The translations under genes and the position numbers were made by a program. Below the pieces are notes generated by a model. That model did not search any database. It saw only the letters and a list, made by a program, of their open reading frames with translations, and was not told where the DNA came from. Positions 18,489-27,624 of a DNA stretch of 58,491 nt are shown one piece after another; position 1 is the first letter of the stretch, and the number at the start of each line of letters is the position of its first letter. The stretch comes from an uncultured Peptococcaceae bacterium (GTDB lineage: Bacteria; Bacillota; Dehalobacteriia; UBA4068), in assembly GCA_964368605.1 (NCBI GenBank), contig CAYJBP010000002.1, positions 1 to 58,491 on the forward strand. Direction: 5' to 3'.

Positions 18489-18985
18489 TATATTCCCCCC
18501 TCGGCCATAATTTGACTGTGAATGGTATAAAATGCCTGCTCGATATGGCCATCCGCAAATTGAAAATCGATGGTAAGCAGGCCATCTTCCAGATAAAAAG
18601 CAAGGGATTGCATATCCATAAGAGGAGTGCCAAAACTAGGCTCTACCTCGTATCCTTGCTCTACAAACTGCTCATAAAGTTTGCCTTCATGGCAGTATAA
18701 ATAGGTGATATATTGATAGCCATCATAATTTTGTTTTAAAAGTAAAGCCTCGGTATCAAAAAGCTGGCCAACTTCCAGCGAATCGGCCAAATCGGCGCGG
18801 CGTATTTGATTGCTAAAATAGGCCAAAGCCACGCGGCTTTGATCATTTTGATTGGAGGTTTCGACAATATTATGATAAATAGAGCCACCAAAAACGACTA
18901 GGCCGATTGATAAAAAAAGGAAAATCGCACCCAGCATAAATACGGCTATACTATCTATTTTGAAGCGATGTTTATCTTTAAACAT
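18488..18985 (-). CDS. N-terminally anchored small protein of the pilus-like operon (165 aa)
   Basis: One TM 'IAVFMLGAIFLFLSIGLVVFGG' followed by a beta-rich domain. Translationally coupled. Confidence 0.5.
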   Translation of the reverse strand: MFKDKHRFKIDSIAVFMLGAIFLFLSIGLVVFGGSIYHNIVETSNQNDQSRVALAYFSNQIRRADLADSLEVGQLFDTEALLLKQNYDGYQYITYLYCHEGKLYEQFVEQGYEVEPSFGTPLMDMQSLAFYLEDGLLTIDFQFADGHIEQAFYTIHSQIMAEGGI

Positions 18986-19000
18986 AGCGGCTCCTTTCCA

Positions 19001-19321
19001 TTATTGTAGGGGGAAAACATCAATAGATGGCATTAAATTTTCGCCAATATACTGATAATGGACAACAAACCGATCGGTATCCGGCCTAATGCCATAATTA
19101 TCGATTAAGTATTGTAGGTTTTGGGCATAAGCCCCTTCTAAAGCATAGCATTGCACGGCTGCCCTTTGCACTGAAGAAAGGGTAATATTAAGTGCTTCTT
19201 CATAGGCGGCCTCCTGCGAGGAGCTTGTGGCTGCAATAAAAGCCACAAAAAGGGCAGCACTTAAAATTAGATAAGTTAAGGGCTTAAGCAGGCTTTTAAC
19301 TTTATTTTCTTTTAAGAACAT
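19001..19321 (-). CDS. N-terminally anchored small protein of the pilus-like operon (106 aa)
   Basis: One TM 'LTYLILSAALFVAFIAA'. First gene after the platform protein. No G/FTLxE motif. Confidence 0.5.
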   Translation of the reverse strand: MFLKENKVKSLLKPLTYLILSAALFVAFIAATSSSQEAAYEEALNITLSSVQRAAVQCYALEGAYAQNLQYLIDNYGIRPDTDRFVVHYQYIGENLMPSIDVFPLQ

Positions 19322-19370
19322 AAATTTCTCCTATTTTAATGGCCAACTTAAATGATTAATTATGCCGGCC

Positions 19371-20426
19371 TTAACCACCGATAGAGTTCATCATTGCCAA
19401 TAAAGGTAGCATTACCGAGAGCAAAAGCATGCCCACTACTACCACCAAAAATACCACCAACATCGGCTCGATTCTGGCCATAATCTTGGCTAAAATATCT
19501 TCGGTTTGATTATGGCAACGGCGTGCCAATTCGGCCATCACATTTTCTGATGAACCGGAGCGGAAACCGGTGGCGATTAAGCCAACCTCCAGGCCGCTAA
19601 AAATGCCGGTTTTTTCAACTGCGGTGGCAAAGCTGGCCCCTTCTTCCATCAGGCCGGCGCATTTGTCGATGGCGGCCTTCATCTTAGTATCTGCAACTAA
19701 GCTTTGGGCTTTTTCCAGGGCTTGATTAATATTTAAGCCGCTGGCCAAGGATAAAGACATAGCCGAAGCAAAATGCTCACGGGCTACCGAAATGCCTAAT
19801 TTACCACGGAAAAATATTTTATCGGCCATGGCACGCAAGCGCTCTTGCCCTGTTACCGAGCGAGAATTGATAAATAAATAGGCAGCTAACAGTAATAATA
19901 AAACGGCAAATACAATAGCGCCTTGCTGAGTAAATACGCCTAAATCGAGCAAAGAAGCTGCCCAGGGGCTTAAATCCGAACCCAATTGCTGCAATACCTG
20001 CTGGAACACCGGCAAAACCTGGGTAACCAACACAAAGGTAACCACGGCAATAATTACAGCCAACCAAGAAGGATAAACAATAACCTGACGCATGCTTTGA
20101 CGCAATTCATGCTCTTGTTCATAATGGCTGGCTAAAGCGGCAAGCACCTGCTCTAGGCGGCCGGTATCCTCGCCGATTTGAACCATGCGCAAAGAATGCT
20201 CGGGAAAGCAGCCGGCTTTTTCTAAGGCCGCATTAAAAGGAGCGCCAATTTCTAATTCGTCGCCGATTTTTTCTAAAAGCAGTTTTTCTCTTTGCGATGC
20301 GGCATCGGCTGCCAAAAGCGAAATGCCGTCTACCGGCAAAATCCCTGCTTTAAGCATCATCGAAATCTGCACAAAAAACATCGATAATTCTTCAGCGGTT
20401 AATAAGTTATTTTGCTTATTCGTCAT
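19371..20426 (-). CDS. Type II secretion / type IV pilus platform protein (GspF/PilC family)
   Basis: Two T2SSF-type repeats ('MLKAGILPVDGISLL...', 'SLASGLNINQALEK...') and three TM segments. Confidence 0.85.
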   Translation of the reverse strand: MTNKQNNLLTAEELSMFFVQISMMLKAGILPVDGISLLAADAASQREKLLLEKIGDELEIGAPFNAALEKAGCFPEHSLRMVQIGEDTGRLEQVLAALASHYEQEHELRQSMRQVIVYPSWLAVIIAVVTFVLVTQVLPVFQQVLQQLGSDLSPWAASLLDLGVFTQQGAIVFAVLLLLLAAYLFINSRSVTGQERLRAMADKIFFRGKLGISVAREHFASAMSLSLASGLNINQALEKAQSLVADTKMKAAIDKCAGLMEEGASFATAVEKTGIFSGLEVGLIATGFRSGSSENVMAELARRCHNQTEDILAKIMARIEPMLVVFLVVVVGMLLLSVMLPLLAMMNSIGG

Positions 20427-20452
20427 AATAAATCCTTCCTTAATAGTATAAA

Positions 20453-21208
20453 TTATTCTACGGCAGCTATATATTCAAAATCTTCGGCATAGGGAAAAAT
20501 TTGATCCAGCTTGCCATGAGCCACAATTCTTTGATTGGCAATTCCAATCGGATGACAAGAGGTAATGGTTACCGCCGAATAGCCTTGACTATAAATCGGC
20601 CCCCAATCATCCTGTTCTACAATATATGTTTCTTGGTATAAATAGCGATAAATATTATTGGCATCTGCTAAGTAAATATAATCGCCATCGACTAGGGTAT
20701 CGATATAATAAAAGGGTGCATTATCGGTAATTATCCCTCCTATGCTGGTATTACGATGCCCGGCAATGCTAACATTGCGATTAATGCCTTCGCCCGGCAA
20801 TTGCGAATAATCATATAAACCTGCTCCATCGCGCAAATCATCTTCGGTAACCCCGGCTTTAAGTGGCAAAACCTTGCCCAGCTTAGGGATGACCAATACT
20901 ACCTGCCCTTCCTGATAAGTTTGCCGATCGGCGGTGATAAACAGCTTATCGGTGGGCCAGTTTAGGGTGGGATCTGTTACTTCTTCTATTTCAGGTTGAG
21001 CGATAACGGGTTCTTCTGGCGCATCTTCTAAAACTACCACTTCTTCGGCAGGCGGCGGGATGATGATAGCCGGCATGGCGCCGCCAAAATCATCGGCTTG
21101 CGAGCGAGAATTTTCGTAGAAGATAATCCCACTATAAATGGCCGTGGCCAAAAGCAAGCATATACCATAAGTAGCAAGACCATTGCGTAAATATTTTTTA
21201 TTAGCCAT
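20453..21208 (-). CDS. Sortase (transpeptidase) with N-terminal membrane anchor
   Basis: 'SIAGHRNT' (His), 'VTITSCHP' (Cys), downstream 'NQRIVAHG' (Arg). 2-nt gap from the regulator gene stop. Confidence 0.85.
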   Translation of the reverse strand: MANKKYLRNGLATYGICLLLATAIYSGIIFYENSRSQADDFGGAMPAIIIPPPAEEVVVLEDAPEEPVIAQPEIEEVTDPTLNWPTDKLFITADRQTYQEGQVVLVIPKLGKVLPLKAGVTEDDLRDGAGLYDYSQLPGEGINRNVSIAGHRNTSIGGIITDNAPFYYIDTLVDGDYIYLADANNIYRYLYQETYIVEQDDWGPIYSQGYSAVTITSCHPIGIANQRIVAHGKLDQIFPYAEDFEYIAAVE

Positions 21209-21210
21209 AA

Positions 21211-22455
21211 TTAATCCTCTAAAAATGTTTGTTCCAATTCCAATTGTTGCAATTTATAAGCAATTTTAAGGAAATTTTTGCGATGACGTTGATAAAATGT
21301 ATTAACAATGCGATCTAAAACCAAAATACCATCTTCATAGTTGGCAGTAGGCAGCATCATTACAAATTGGGCGCCACTATAGCGAGAAATGATATCGCCA
21401 CGCCTTAAATTATCCCTTAAAACATAAAGTAATTGTTCCATTGTGGTGTTAAGCAGGCCTAAAGCTGGCGTGCAGCCATTAGGCAAGGAAATGGTAATTA
21501 GAGCCACATGCACGCAAGAGCCTTGCCTGGCCGCACGGCGTGCCTCTAGGCGATAGGCTTCTCTAAAAAAGCCGTATTCGCAAACAAAAGCACCGGGGCG
21601 CGAGGCTGTTTCTCGCAAATCATTTTGAATGATGCCCAAATCTGTTTCCAGATTTTTTTGCTCTTTCATAATTTCCTGATACAAAGACCGTAATTCCTCA
21701 GAGGGCTTAACCCCTAAATTGCGGTAGAGCAAATCGGTGGCTGTTTCGTAGTGGTTTAGGGCAGCCATGGAATTACCCAGCTTTAATAAAGCCTTAATTT
21801 GAAGAGCATGTAATTCCTCGTCATAGGGCTCTACCTGGATTGCAGCTAGGCTGATATCGGCTACAATATCATATTGCTCATCTTCTTCGAGTAAAGAGGC
21901 ATAGGTCATCACCCCCTTGATATACAAAGAATGATAATAAGAAGCCAAGGGAATAACCCATAATTGGTCGGCCAATTTCATTAAAAAGTCGTGCTGATAT
22001 AGGGCGATGGCCTCGGCATATAATTCTTTGCGTTTTTCGCGCTTTAAATCGGGCTCGGCTGCTTTTTGGATAAGCAAGGCAAAATCCTCGGCATCCACAT
22101 GGCAATCGATAGAGCGATTCCAAGAATAAGAGCCACGCTGCGAAAGAATTAGCTGCGGTTCATCACCAATTAAGGGCAATAAAACTGCCCTGGTTCGATA
22201 AAGTAAGGTTTTTAAAGCACTGGCCGGGTTTTGGCTATCCTCATCAGGCCACAAAACATCGATTAACTCTTTTTGGGGTATATTGCGGTCACGATTAACA
22301 ATTAAGTAGGCCAGCAAATTCCACATTTTTTGCGAGCGGCTAATATCATCACCCAAAACCACATTGCCAATATAAATTTTAAAATCACCGAGCATTTCAA
22401 CCCTAATCCCGGAATTGATATCAAAAAAAGTAGCGGGCGGTGAGTTTTTTGCCAT
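21211..22455 (-). CDS. SARP/BTAD-family transcriptional regulator fused to a degenerate GGDEF domain
   Basis: OmpR-like winged helix ('KMWNLLAYLIVNRDRNIPQKELIDVLWPDE'). BTAD/TPR-like region ('EELHALQIKALLKLGNSMAALNHYETATDLLYRNLGVKPSEELRSLYQEI'). In the C-terminal GGDEF fold the signature is 'SGAQF' ('RRGDIISRYSGAQFVMMLPT'). Confidence 0.75.
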   Translation of the reverse strand: MAKNSPPATFFDINSGIRVEMLGDFKIYIGNVVLGDDISRSQKMWNLLAYLIVNRDRNIPQKELIDVLWPDEDSQNPASALKTLLYRTRAVLLPLIGDEPQLILSQRGSYSWNRSIDCHVDAEDFALLIQKAAEPDLKREKRKELYAEAIALYQHDFLMKLADQLWVIPLASYYHSLYIKGVMTYASLLEEDEQYDIVADISLAAIQVEPYDEELHALQIKALLKLGNSMAALNHYETATDLLYRNLGVKPSEELRSLYQEIMKEQKNLETDLGIIQNDLRETASRPGAFVCEYGFFREAYRLEARRAARQGSCVHVALITISLPNGCTPALGLLNTTMEQLLYVLRDNLRRGDIISRYSGAQFVMMLPTANYEDGILVLDRIVNTFYQRHRKNFLKIAYKLQQLELEQTFLED

Positions 22456-22585
22456 AAATATATACCTTCCTTTTATTACCTAAATTTCTGTTGCTGTTTT
22501 ATTTACAATAAAAACAAGTCATTCTTCATTATAACGTATTTTGCTTGAAAAAAAAAGTCTAAAATTGCTAAAAGAAAAATATTTT

Positions 22586-23692
22586 TTATTTTGAAGCTAA
22601 ATAGTTTAAAATAATATCTCTAATTTGCAAAGAAGCTGTGCCATCACCATAAGGGCTAATAGCCTGCGCCATTTGTTGATAGGCTGCTTGGTCTTCGATT
22701 AATTGGCCGGCTTTGGCCAAAATTGCCTCCTGCTTAGTGCCAACTAAGCAAGCTACACCGGCCTCAATAGCCTCCGGCCTTTCCGTTGTTTGGCGCAAAA
22801 CTAAAACCGGTTTGCCAAAAGCGGGGGCTTCTTCTTGCAGGCCGCCACTATCTGTCAACACCATATAGCAGCGCTTAAGCACATTGCACATTGGCAAATA
22901 ATCCAAAGGCTCGCATAAATAAAGGCGAGGCGTATCGGCCAATAATTCTTGTACCTGATTACGGATTAGCGGATTACGATGCATGGGGAAGATAATCTGT
23001 ACATCTTCGTATTTAAGCAAAAGCTGCTTGATAGAGCCAAAAATTTGCGCCATCGGTTCGCCCCAATTTTCCCGACGATGACAAGTAAGTAAGATAACCT
23101 TTTTTTGCCAATCAATATCGCCAAGGTTTAAATCGGGCATATCTTGCTTTTGAATTAAATGAAGGGCATCAATAACAGTATTACCTGTAATAAAAACTCT
23201 ATCTTTAGGAGCGTTTTCCTGCAAAAGATTGGCAGCAGCCATAGCCGTTGGCGCAAAATGTAAATCGGCTAAGGGCATAGTAAGGCGGCGGTTAATTTCT
23301 TCGGGGAAGGGCGAGTATTTATCGGCAGTGCGCAGGCCGGCCTCTACATGGCCAATAGCAATTTTATGATAAAATGCAGCTAAAGATGCTATAAAGGTAG
23401 TAGATGTATCGCCATGTACTAAAACTAAATCGGGTAATTCTTGGGTTAATACTTGGTCTATTTGCGCTAAGGCCTGCGCCGAATAGGCAGCCAGGCTTTG
23501 ATTAGGGCGCATTAAGTTTAAATCATAATCGGGTTTAATAGCAAATAATTGTAAAACCATATCGAGCATTTCTCGGTGCTGGGCTGTAACACAAACCCTA
23601 CTTTGTATGCCGGGTGTGGCCGCCAAAACTTTAATTAAAGGCGCCATTTTAATCGCTTCCGGCCTAGTGCCAAAAATAGATAATACTTTCAT
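22586..23692 (-). CDS. wecB: UDP-N-acetylglucosamine 2-epimerase (non-hydrolysing)
   Basis: 'MKVLSIFGTRPEAIKMAPL', 'VLVHGDTSTT', 'VEAGLRT', 'DSGGLQEEAPAFGKPVLVLR'. Confidence 0.9.
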   Translation of the reverse strand: MKVLSIFGTRPEAIKMAPLIKVLAATPGIQSRVCVTAQHREMLDMVLQLFAIKPDYDLNLMRPNQSLAAYSAQALAQIDQVLTQELPDLVLVHGDTSTTFIASLAAFYHKIAIGHVEAGLRTADKYSPFPEEINRRLTMPLADLHFAPTAMAAANLLQENAPKDRVFITGNTVIDALHLIQKQDMPDLNLGDIDWQKKVILLTCHRRENWGEPMAQIFGSIKQLLLKYEDVQIIFPMHRNPLIRNQVQELLADTPRLYLCEPLDYLPMCNVLKRCYMVLTDSGGLQEEAPAFGKPVLVLRQTTERPEAIEAGVACLVGTKQEAILAKAGQLIEDQAAYQQMAQAISPYGDGTASLQIRDIILNYLASK

Positions 23693-23694
23693 TT

Positions 23695-24168
23695 TTATTC
23701 CTCGGCTGCGGTTTGGGGTACAAGGTCGGCATAACGTATTAATTCCATGCCGGCCTCGGCCGCTAATTCGCAGGCTAATTGGTCGGGATAATCGCTATCA
23801 AAAATTACCTTGGCAATACCGCAGGTAACCATAGCTTTTACGCAGGTAGTACATGGTTGGGCGGTAACATACATGGTGGCCCCTTCTAAGGCTAGGCCAT
23901 GGCGAGCCGCAAAATTACAAACATTGGCTTCGGCATGTTGGGCACGGCACATTTCCTGCCTTTGGCCGGATGGTATACCCAGTTTTTGGCGGATGCATCC
24001 TGCTTCTTCACAATGCTTTACCCCGGGCAAGGCGCCATTATAACCGGTACCCAAAACCCGCTTTTGCGGAGAAACAGCCACTGCTCCTACATGCCTGCGC
24101 AGGCAGGTAGAGCGGGTTGCGGCATGATGTGCCATCGTCATAAAATATTTATCCCAGGATTGGCGCAT
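23695..24168 (-). CDS. comEB: dCMP deaminase (ComEB family)
   Basis: Cytidine/deoxycytidylate deaminase zinc motifs 'HAEANV' and 'PCTTCVK'. Confidence 0.85.
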   Translation of the reverse strand: MRQSWDKYFMTMAHHAATRSTCLRRHVGAVAVSPQKRVLGTGYNGALPGVKHCEEAGCIRQKLGIPSGQRQEMCRAQHAEANVCNFAARHGLALEGATMYVTAQPCTTCVKAMVTCGIAKVIFDSDYPDQLACELAAEAGMELIRYADLVPQTAAEE

Positions 24169-24196
24169 AAATTTACCCCCTTATTTAAAGTTTAAC

Positions 24197-25423
24197 TTAA
24201 TAAAGTGCAAATGAGGCGGTTAACTGATTAACAATTGCCTTGGCCTCGGCCTCTTTATCGCTTAAGGCTAAATTGATGGCTAGGGCTACTTGGCGCAGAT
24301 CATCTTCTTTTAGGCCACGGGTGGTAACTGCGGCCGTACCTAAGCGGATACCGCTGGTAACGGTGGGCTTTTGCGGATCAAAAGGTATAGAATTTTTATT
24401 GCAGGTGATACCGATATTATCCAGGCGCAATTCGGCATCATGGCCGGTAATTTGCTTGGATCTTAAATCAACCAAGAGCAAATGATTATCGGTACCGCCC
24501 GAAACTAAACGCAAGCCATGCTCGGTTAAAGCCTCGGCAAAGGCGGCGGCATTTTTAACAACTTGCTGTTGATATTGTTTGAAATCGGGCTGCAAAGCTT
24601 CGCCAAAGGCCACGGCCTTGGCAGCGATTATATGCATTAAAGGGCCGCCTTGCAAGCCGGGGAAAACGGCTTTATTGATGGCCTTGGCAAATTCCTGTTT
24701 AGCAAAAACGGCACCACCTCTGGGCCCACGCAGGGTTTTATGAGTGGTGGTGGTAACAATATCGCAGTAGGGGATAGGGCTTTGATGGCAACCGCCTGCT
24801 ACCAGGCCGGCAATATGAGCCATATCGGCCATTAAATAGGCACCACAGGCCTTGGCTATTTCGCTAAATTTGGCAAAATCTATGGCTCGCGGATAGGCCG
24901 AAGCACCGGCCACAATCAGCTTAGGCTTAATTTTTAGGGCTTGATCCATCAAGGCCTGATAGTCGATTTGTTCACTATCGGGATTAACACCGTAAGCGGC
25001 AAAATTATACCATTTGCCGGAAAAGTTAACCGGGCTGCCATGGGTTAAATGACCACCATGGGCTAAATTCATGCCTAAAATGGTATCGCCTTGCTCCAGT
25101 AGGGCAAAATAGGCGGCCATATTGGCTTGAGCGCCGCTATGCGGCTGTACATTGGCATATTCGGCAGCAAATAATTGCTTGCCACGCTCGCATGCCAAAT
25201 CCTCAACAATATCTACATATTCGCAGCCACCATAATAACGATGCCCGGGATACCCTTCGGCATATTTATTGGTTAAAACGCTGCCTTGGGCGGCCATTAC
25301 CGCCTTGCTGGTAAAGTTTTCGGAAGCGATTAATTCTAATTTAGAACTTTGCCTTTGCAATTCTTGTTCGATGGCTTGGGCTATTTTAGGGTCGGCTTGC
25401 TTTATATAATCTAAGCTAAACAT
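24197..25423 (-). CDS. glyA: Serine hydroxymethyltransferase
   Basis: '[10 protein letters not shown]', '[14 protein letters not shown]', '[15 protein letters not shown]'. Confidence 0.95.
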   Translation of the reverse strand: MFSLDYIKQADPKIAQAIEQELQRQSSKLELIASENFTSKAVMAAQGSVLTNKYAEGYPGHRYYGGCEYVDIVEDLACERGKQLFAAEYANVQPHSGAQANMAAYFALLEQGDTILGMNLAHGGHLTHGSPVNFSGKWYNFAAYGVNPDSEQIDYQALMDQALKIKPKLIVAGASAYPRAIDFAKFSEIAKACGAYLMADMAHIAGLVAGGCHQSPIPYCDIVTTTTHKTLRGPRGGAVFAKQEFAKAINKAVFPGLQGGPLMHIIAAKAVAFGEALQPDFKQYQQQVVKNAAAFAEALTEHGLRLVSGGTDNHLLLVDLRSKQITGHDAELRLDNIGITCNKNSIPFDPQKPTVTSGIRLGTAAVTTRGLKEDDLRQVALAINLALSDKEAEAKAIVNQLTASFALY

Positions 25424-25449
25424 ATAAATCCTCCCATTATTTACTGAAT

Positions 25450-25893
25450 TTAGCGAAATTCATGCTCTAAATCACGAATCATTTTTAGACGACGGCTATG
25501 GCGGCCACCTTCGAATTCGGTTTTAAGCCAAATTTCGGCAATTTCTTTCATTTGTTCTTGCGAGATAATTCTCGCACCCATCACTAGGATATTGGCATCA
25601 TTATGCTGGCGTGTAGCCTTGGCCGAAAAGGGATCATGACATAAAGAAGCCCTAATATCGGAAATTTTATTGGCCGCAATACTCATGCCAATACCTGTAC
25701 CACAGATTAAAATGCCAAATTCACATTCGCCTTTGGCTACAGCCTTGGCAACCGAAGCCCCATAAATTGGGTAATCGACACTTTCTTCTGTATAACAGCC
25801 AAAATCATGGGCGATTAACCCCATTTTTGATAATTCTGTTTTTAAATATTCTTTAGCTGCAAAGCCGGCATGATCACTGGCAATAGCTATCAT
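25450..25893 (-). CDS. rpiB: Ribose-5-phosphate isomerase B
   Basis: '[10 protein letters not shown]', '[17 protein letters not shown]'. The start was set at the ATG at 25893, downstream of GGGAGA. Confidence 0.9.
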   Translation of the reverse strand: MIAIASDHAGFAAKEYLKTELSKMGLIAHDFGCYTEESVDYPIYGASVAKAVAKGECEFGILICGTGIGMSIAANKISDIRASLCHDPFSAKATRQHNDANILVMGARIISQEQMKEIAEIWLKTEFEGGRHSRRLKMIRDLEHEFR

Positions 25894-26025
25894 AAAAATC
25901 ATCTCCCACAAAAATTTTGCTTTAATTTATAATTTATCTCATAGTATATTATACCAAAAAAAATTACAAATTACTAGCCTTTTTAACGCTTTTAGATGAA
26001 AAAATTAAATAAATATCTGCCAAAA

Positions 26026-26493
26026 TTAATCCAATAATGAATTTTTAGGCTTGCTTTCGGCAGCTTTAAATTTGGTTTGACCAAAATTTTCCATCATAAT
26101 ATAATTCCATCTTTGCATGGCAACAATGCCCTGGTCATAAAGGGCATCGATTTTTTTATAGCGAGGCAAATCTGCTACAGAGTCTTTTGGGAAGCTATCT
26201 AAATAGATTTTTGCTGCCAAAAAAACTTCGCAAACGGCGGTTAAACGGTCATTAAAACAGTCGTCATTAAAAAAATCAGTGCCAATTTGCTCATAAATGG
26301 CACTAATAATAAAATCAACCGCAAGCTGCGGCCAAATATGGCTTGCCATAGCCTGTTGATCTTGCATGCAAATATCTTCCAGCAAGGTAATAGGCATGAT
26401 AAAATAGGCCTGGTTCCTCGCTTTATAATTGGCATTAAGCTGCGGCCATTGCCTTAAATAGCGACTATTTTGCTGGTCATCAAGGTTCATCAT
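26026..26493 (-). CDS. Hypothetical protein (155 aa)
   Basis: Uninterrupted ORF in the same orientation as the upstream operon. No recognisable motif. Confidence 0.45.
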   Translation of the reverse strand: MMNLDDQQNSRYLRQWPQLNANYKARNQAYFIMPITLLEDICMQDQQAMASHIWPQLAVDFIISAIYEQIGTDFFNDDCFNDRLTAVCEVFLAAKIYLDSFPKDSVADLPRYKKIDALYDQGIVAMQRWNYIMMENFGQTKFKAAESKPKNSLLD

Positions 26494-26637
26494 AAAAAGT
26501 CCTTATAATACTTAAATTTTCTTATATATACTTCAACTTTTTATGGCTGATACCTGCAAAATTGCTTAAAATTCGACAATAAAAAGCTATAAAATCTTTA
26601 CTTTTTTAAAAAAACGTAAATAAGAAAGCGGAGGTTT

Positions 26638-27624
26638 TTATCCTAGTTTTAGTTGGTCGCGTTTTAGGTCTGGATTCTCTTTTAATTCCAAATTAGGATA
26701 GAGCTGTTTAAGATACTTATAAATGCGGTTCTTTTGGCCGCAAATTATTGAGCGGTCGGCAGGCGAATAATAGATAATTGGCCTTTGATCTGCCATATTA
26801 ATTAAGCCGATTATTTGCCTTAGCTTTATTTGGCTTTTTACCAATTGGCCAAATGATGGATGATAAGGCCCTGCTATAAATGCTTGATCTAGCGATGTTG
26901 ATGGCTGCAATCCTAGGCGTGCAACCGGGATTTTTGCCTTTTGGGCAAGATATAGCATATCGGCGCATAATAATACCGCCTGGCTTAATGTTTGTGGCTT
27001 AAAGTGGTTTTTTTGGTACATGTCGGCTAAGGGGGTATCTTTGATAATTAGGGTGGGATATATTCTTAATAAAGCCGGCTTTATTTGACAAGCTTGTTTA
27101 AGGGAATTAAGTGCCGATTGGCTGCTTTGTTGGGGCAAGCCACACATTAGTTGAATACCTAAGTCTAGGCCGGCCTTTTTGATTTGTTGGCAGGCAGCAA
27201 TGGCCTGCTCGGGATGATAATTGCGGCCAGAGGCAGCCAAAACATTAGGCTCGAAGGATTGAATGCCCAGCTCGATTACCTTCACTCCTTGATTCTTTAA
27301 AAAGAGTAGGCTTTTTTCATCTATTAAATCGGGGCGGGTAGAGATGCGAATGCTATCGATTTTATTTTGGCTAAAGCCAATAGCGGCTGCTTGCAAATAA
27401 TAGCTTTGCTCGGCCTTAGTTAAGGCGGTAAAGCTGCCTCCATAAAAGGCAATTTGGGCAGGGCTTTCGCCTTGATAGGCCTCGATAGCAGCCTTAATAT
27501 GGCTTGCCTTGGGCAAATCTAGGCTGCCGCTAATCCGATGTTGATTACAAAATACACATTGATTGGGGCAGCCTTGCATGGCTATAAAAAAGGGGATTAT
27601 TGTTTTTTTAAGCGCCGCTTGCAT
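26638..27624 (-). CDS. Radical SAM protein (ELP3/MiaB-like core, no acetyltransferase domain)
   Basis: 'CPNQCVFCNQ' CxxxCxxC cluster near the N-terminus and a TIM-barrel-type core. It overlaps the upstream gene by 17 nt. Confidence 0.8.
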   Translation of the reverse strand: MQAALKKTIIPFFIAMQGCPNQCVFCNQHRISGSLDLPKASHIKAAIEAYQGESPAQIAFYGGSFTALTKAEQSYYLQAAAIGFSQNKIDSIRISTRPDLIDEKSLLFLKNQGVKVIELGIQSFEPNVLAASGRNYHPEQAIAACQQIKKAGLDLGIQLMCGLPQQSSQSALNSLKQACQIKPALLRIYPTLIIKDTPLADMYQKNHFKPQTLSQAVLLCADMLYLAQKAKIPVARLGLQPSTSLDQAFIAGPYHPSFGQLVKSQIKLRQIIGLINMADQRPIIYYSPADRSIICGQKNRIYKYLKQLYPNLELKENPDLKRDQLKLG

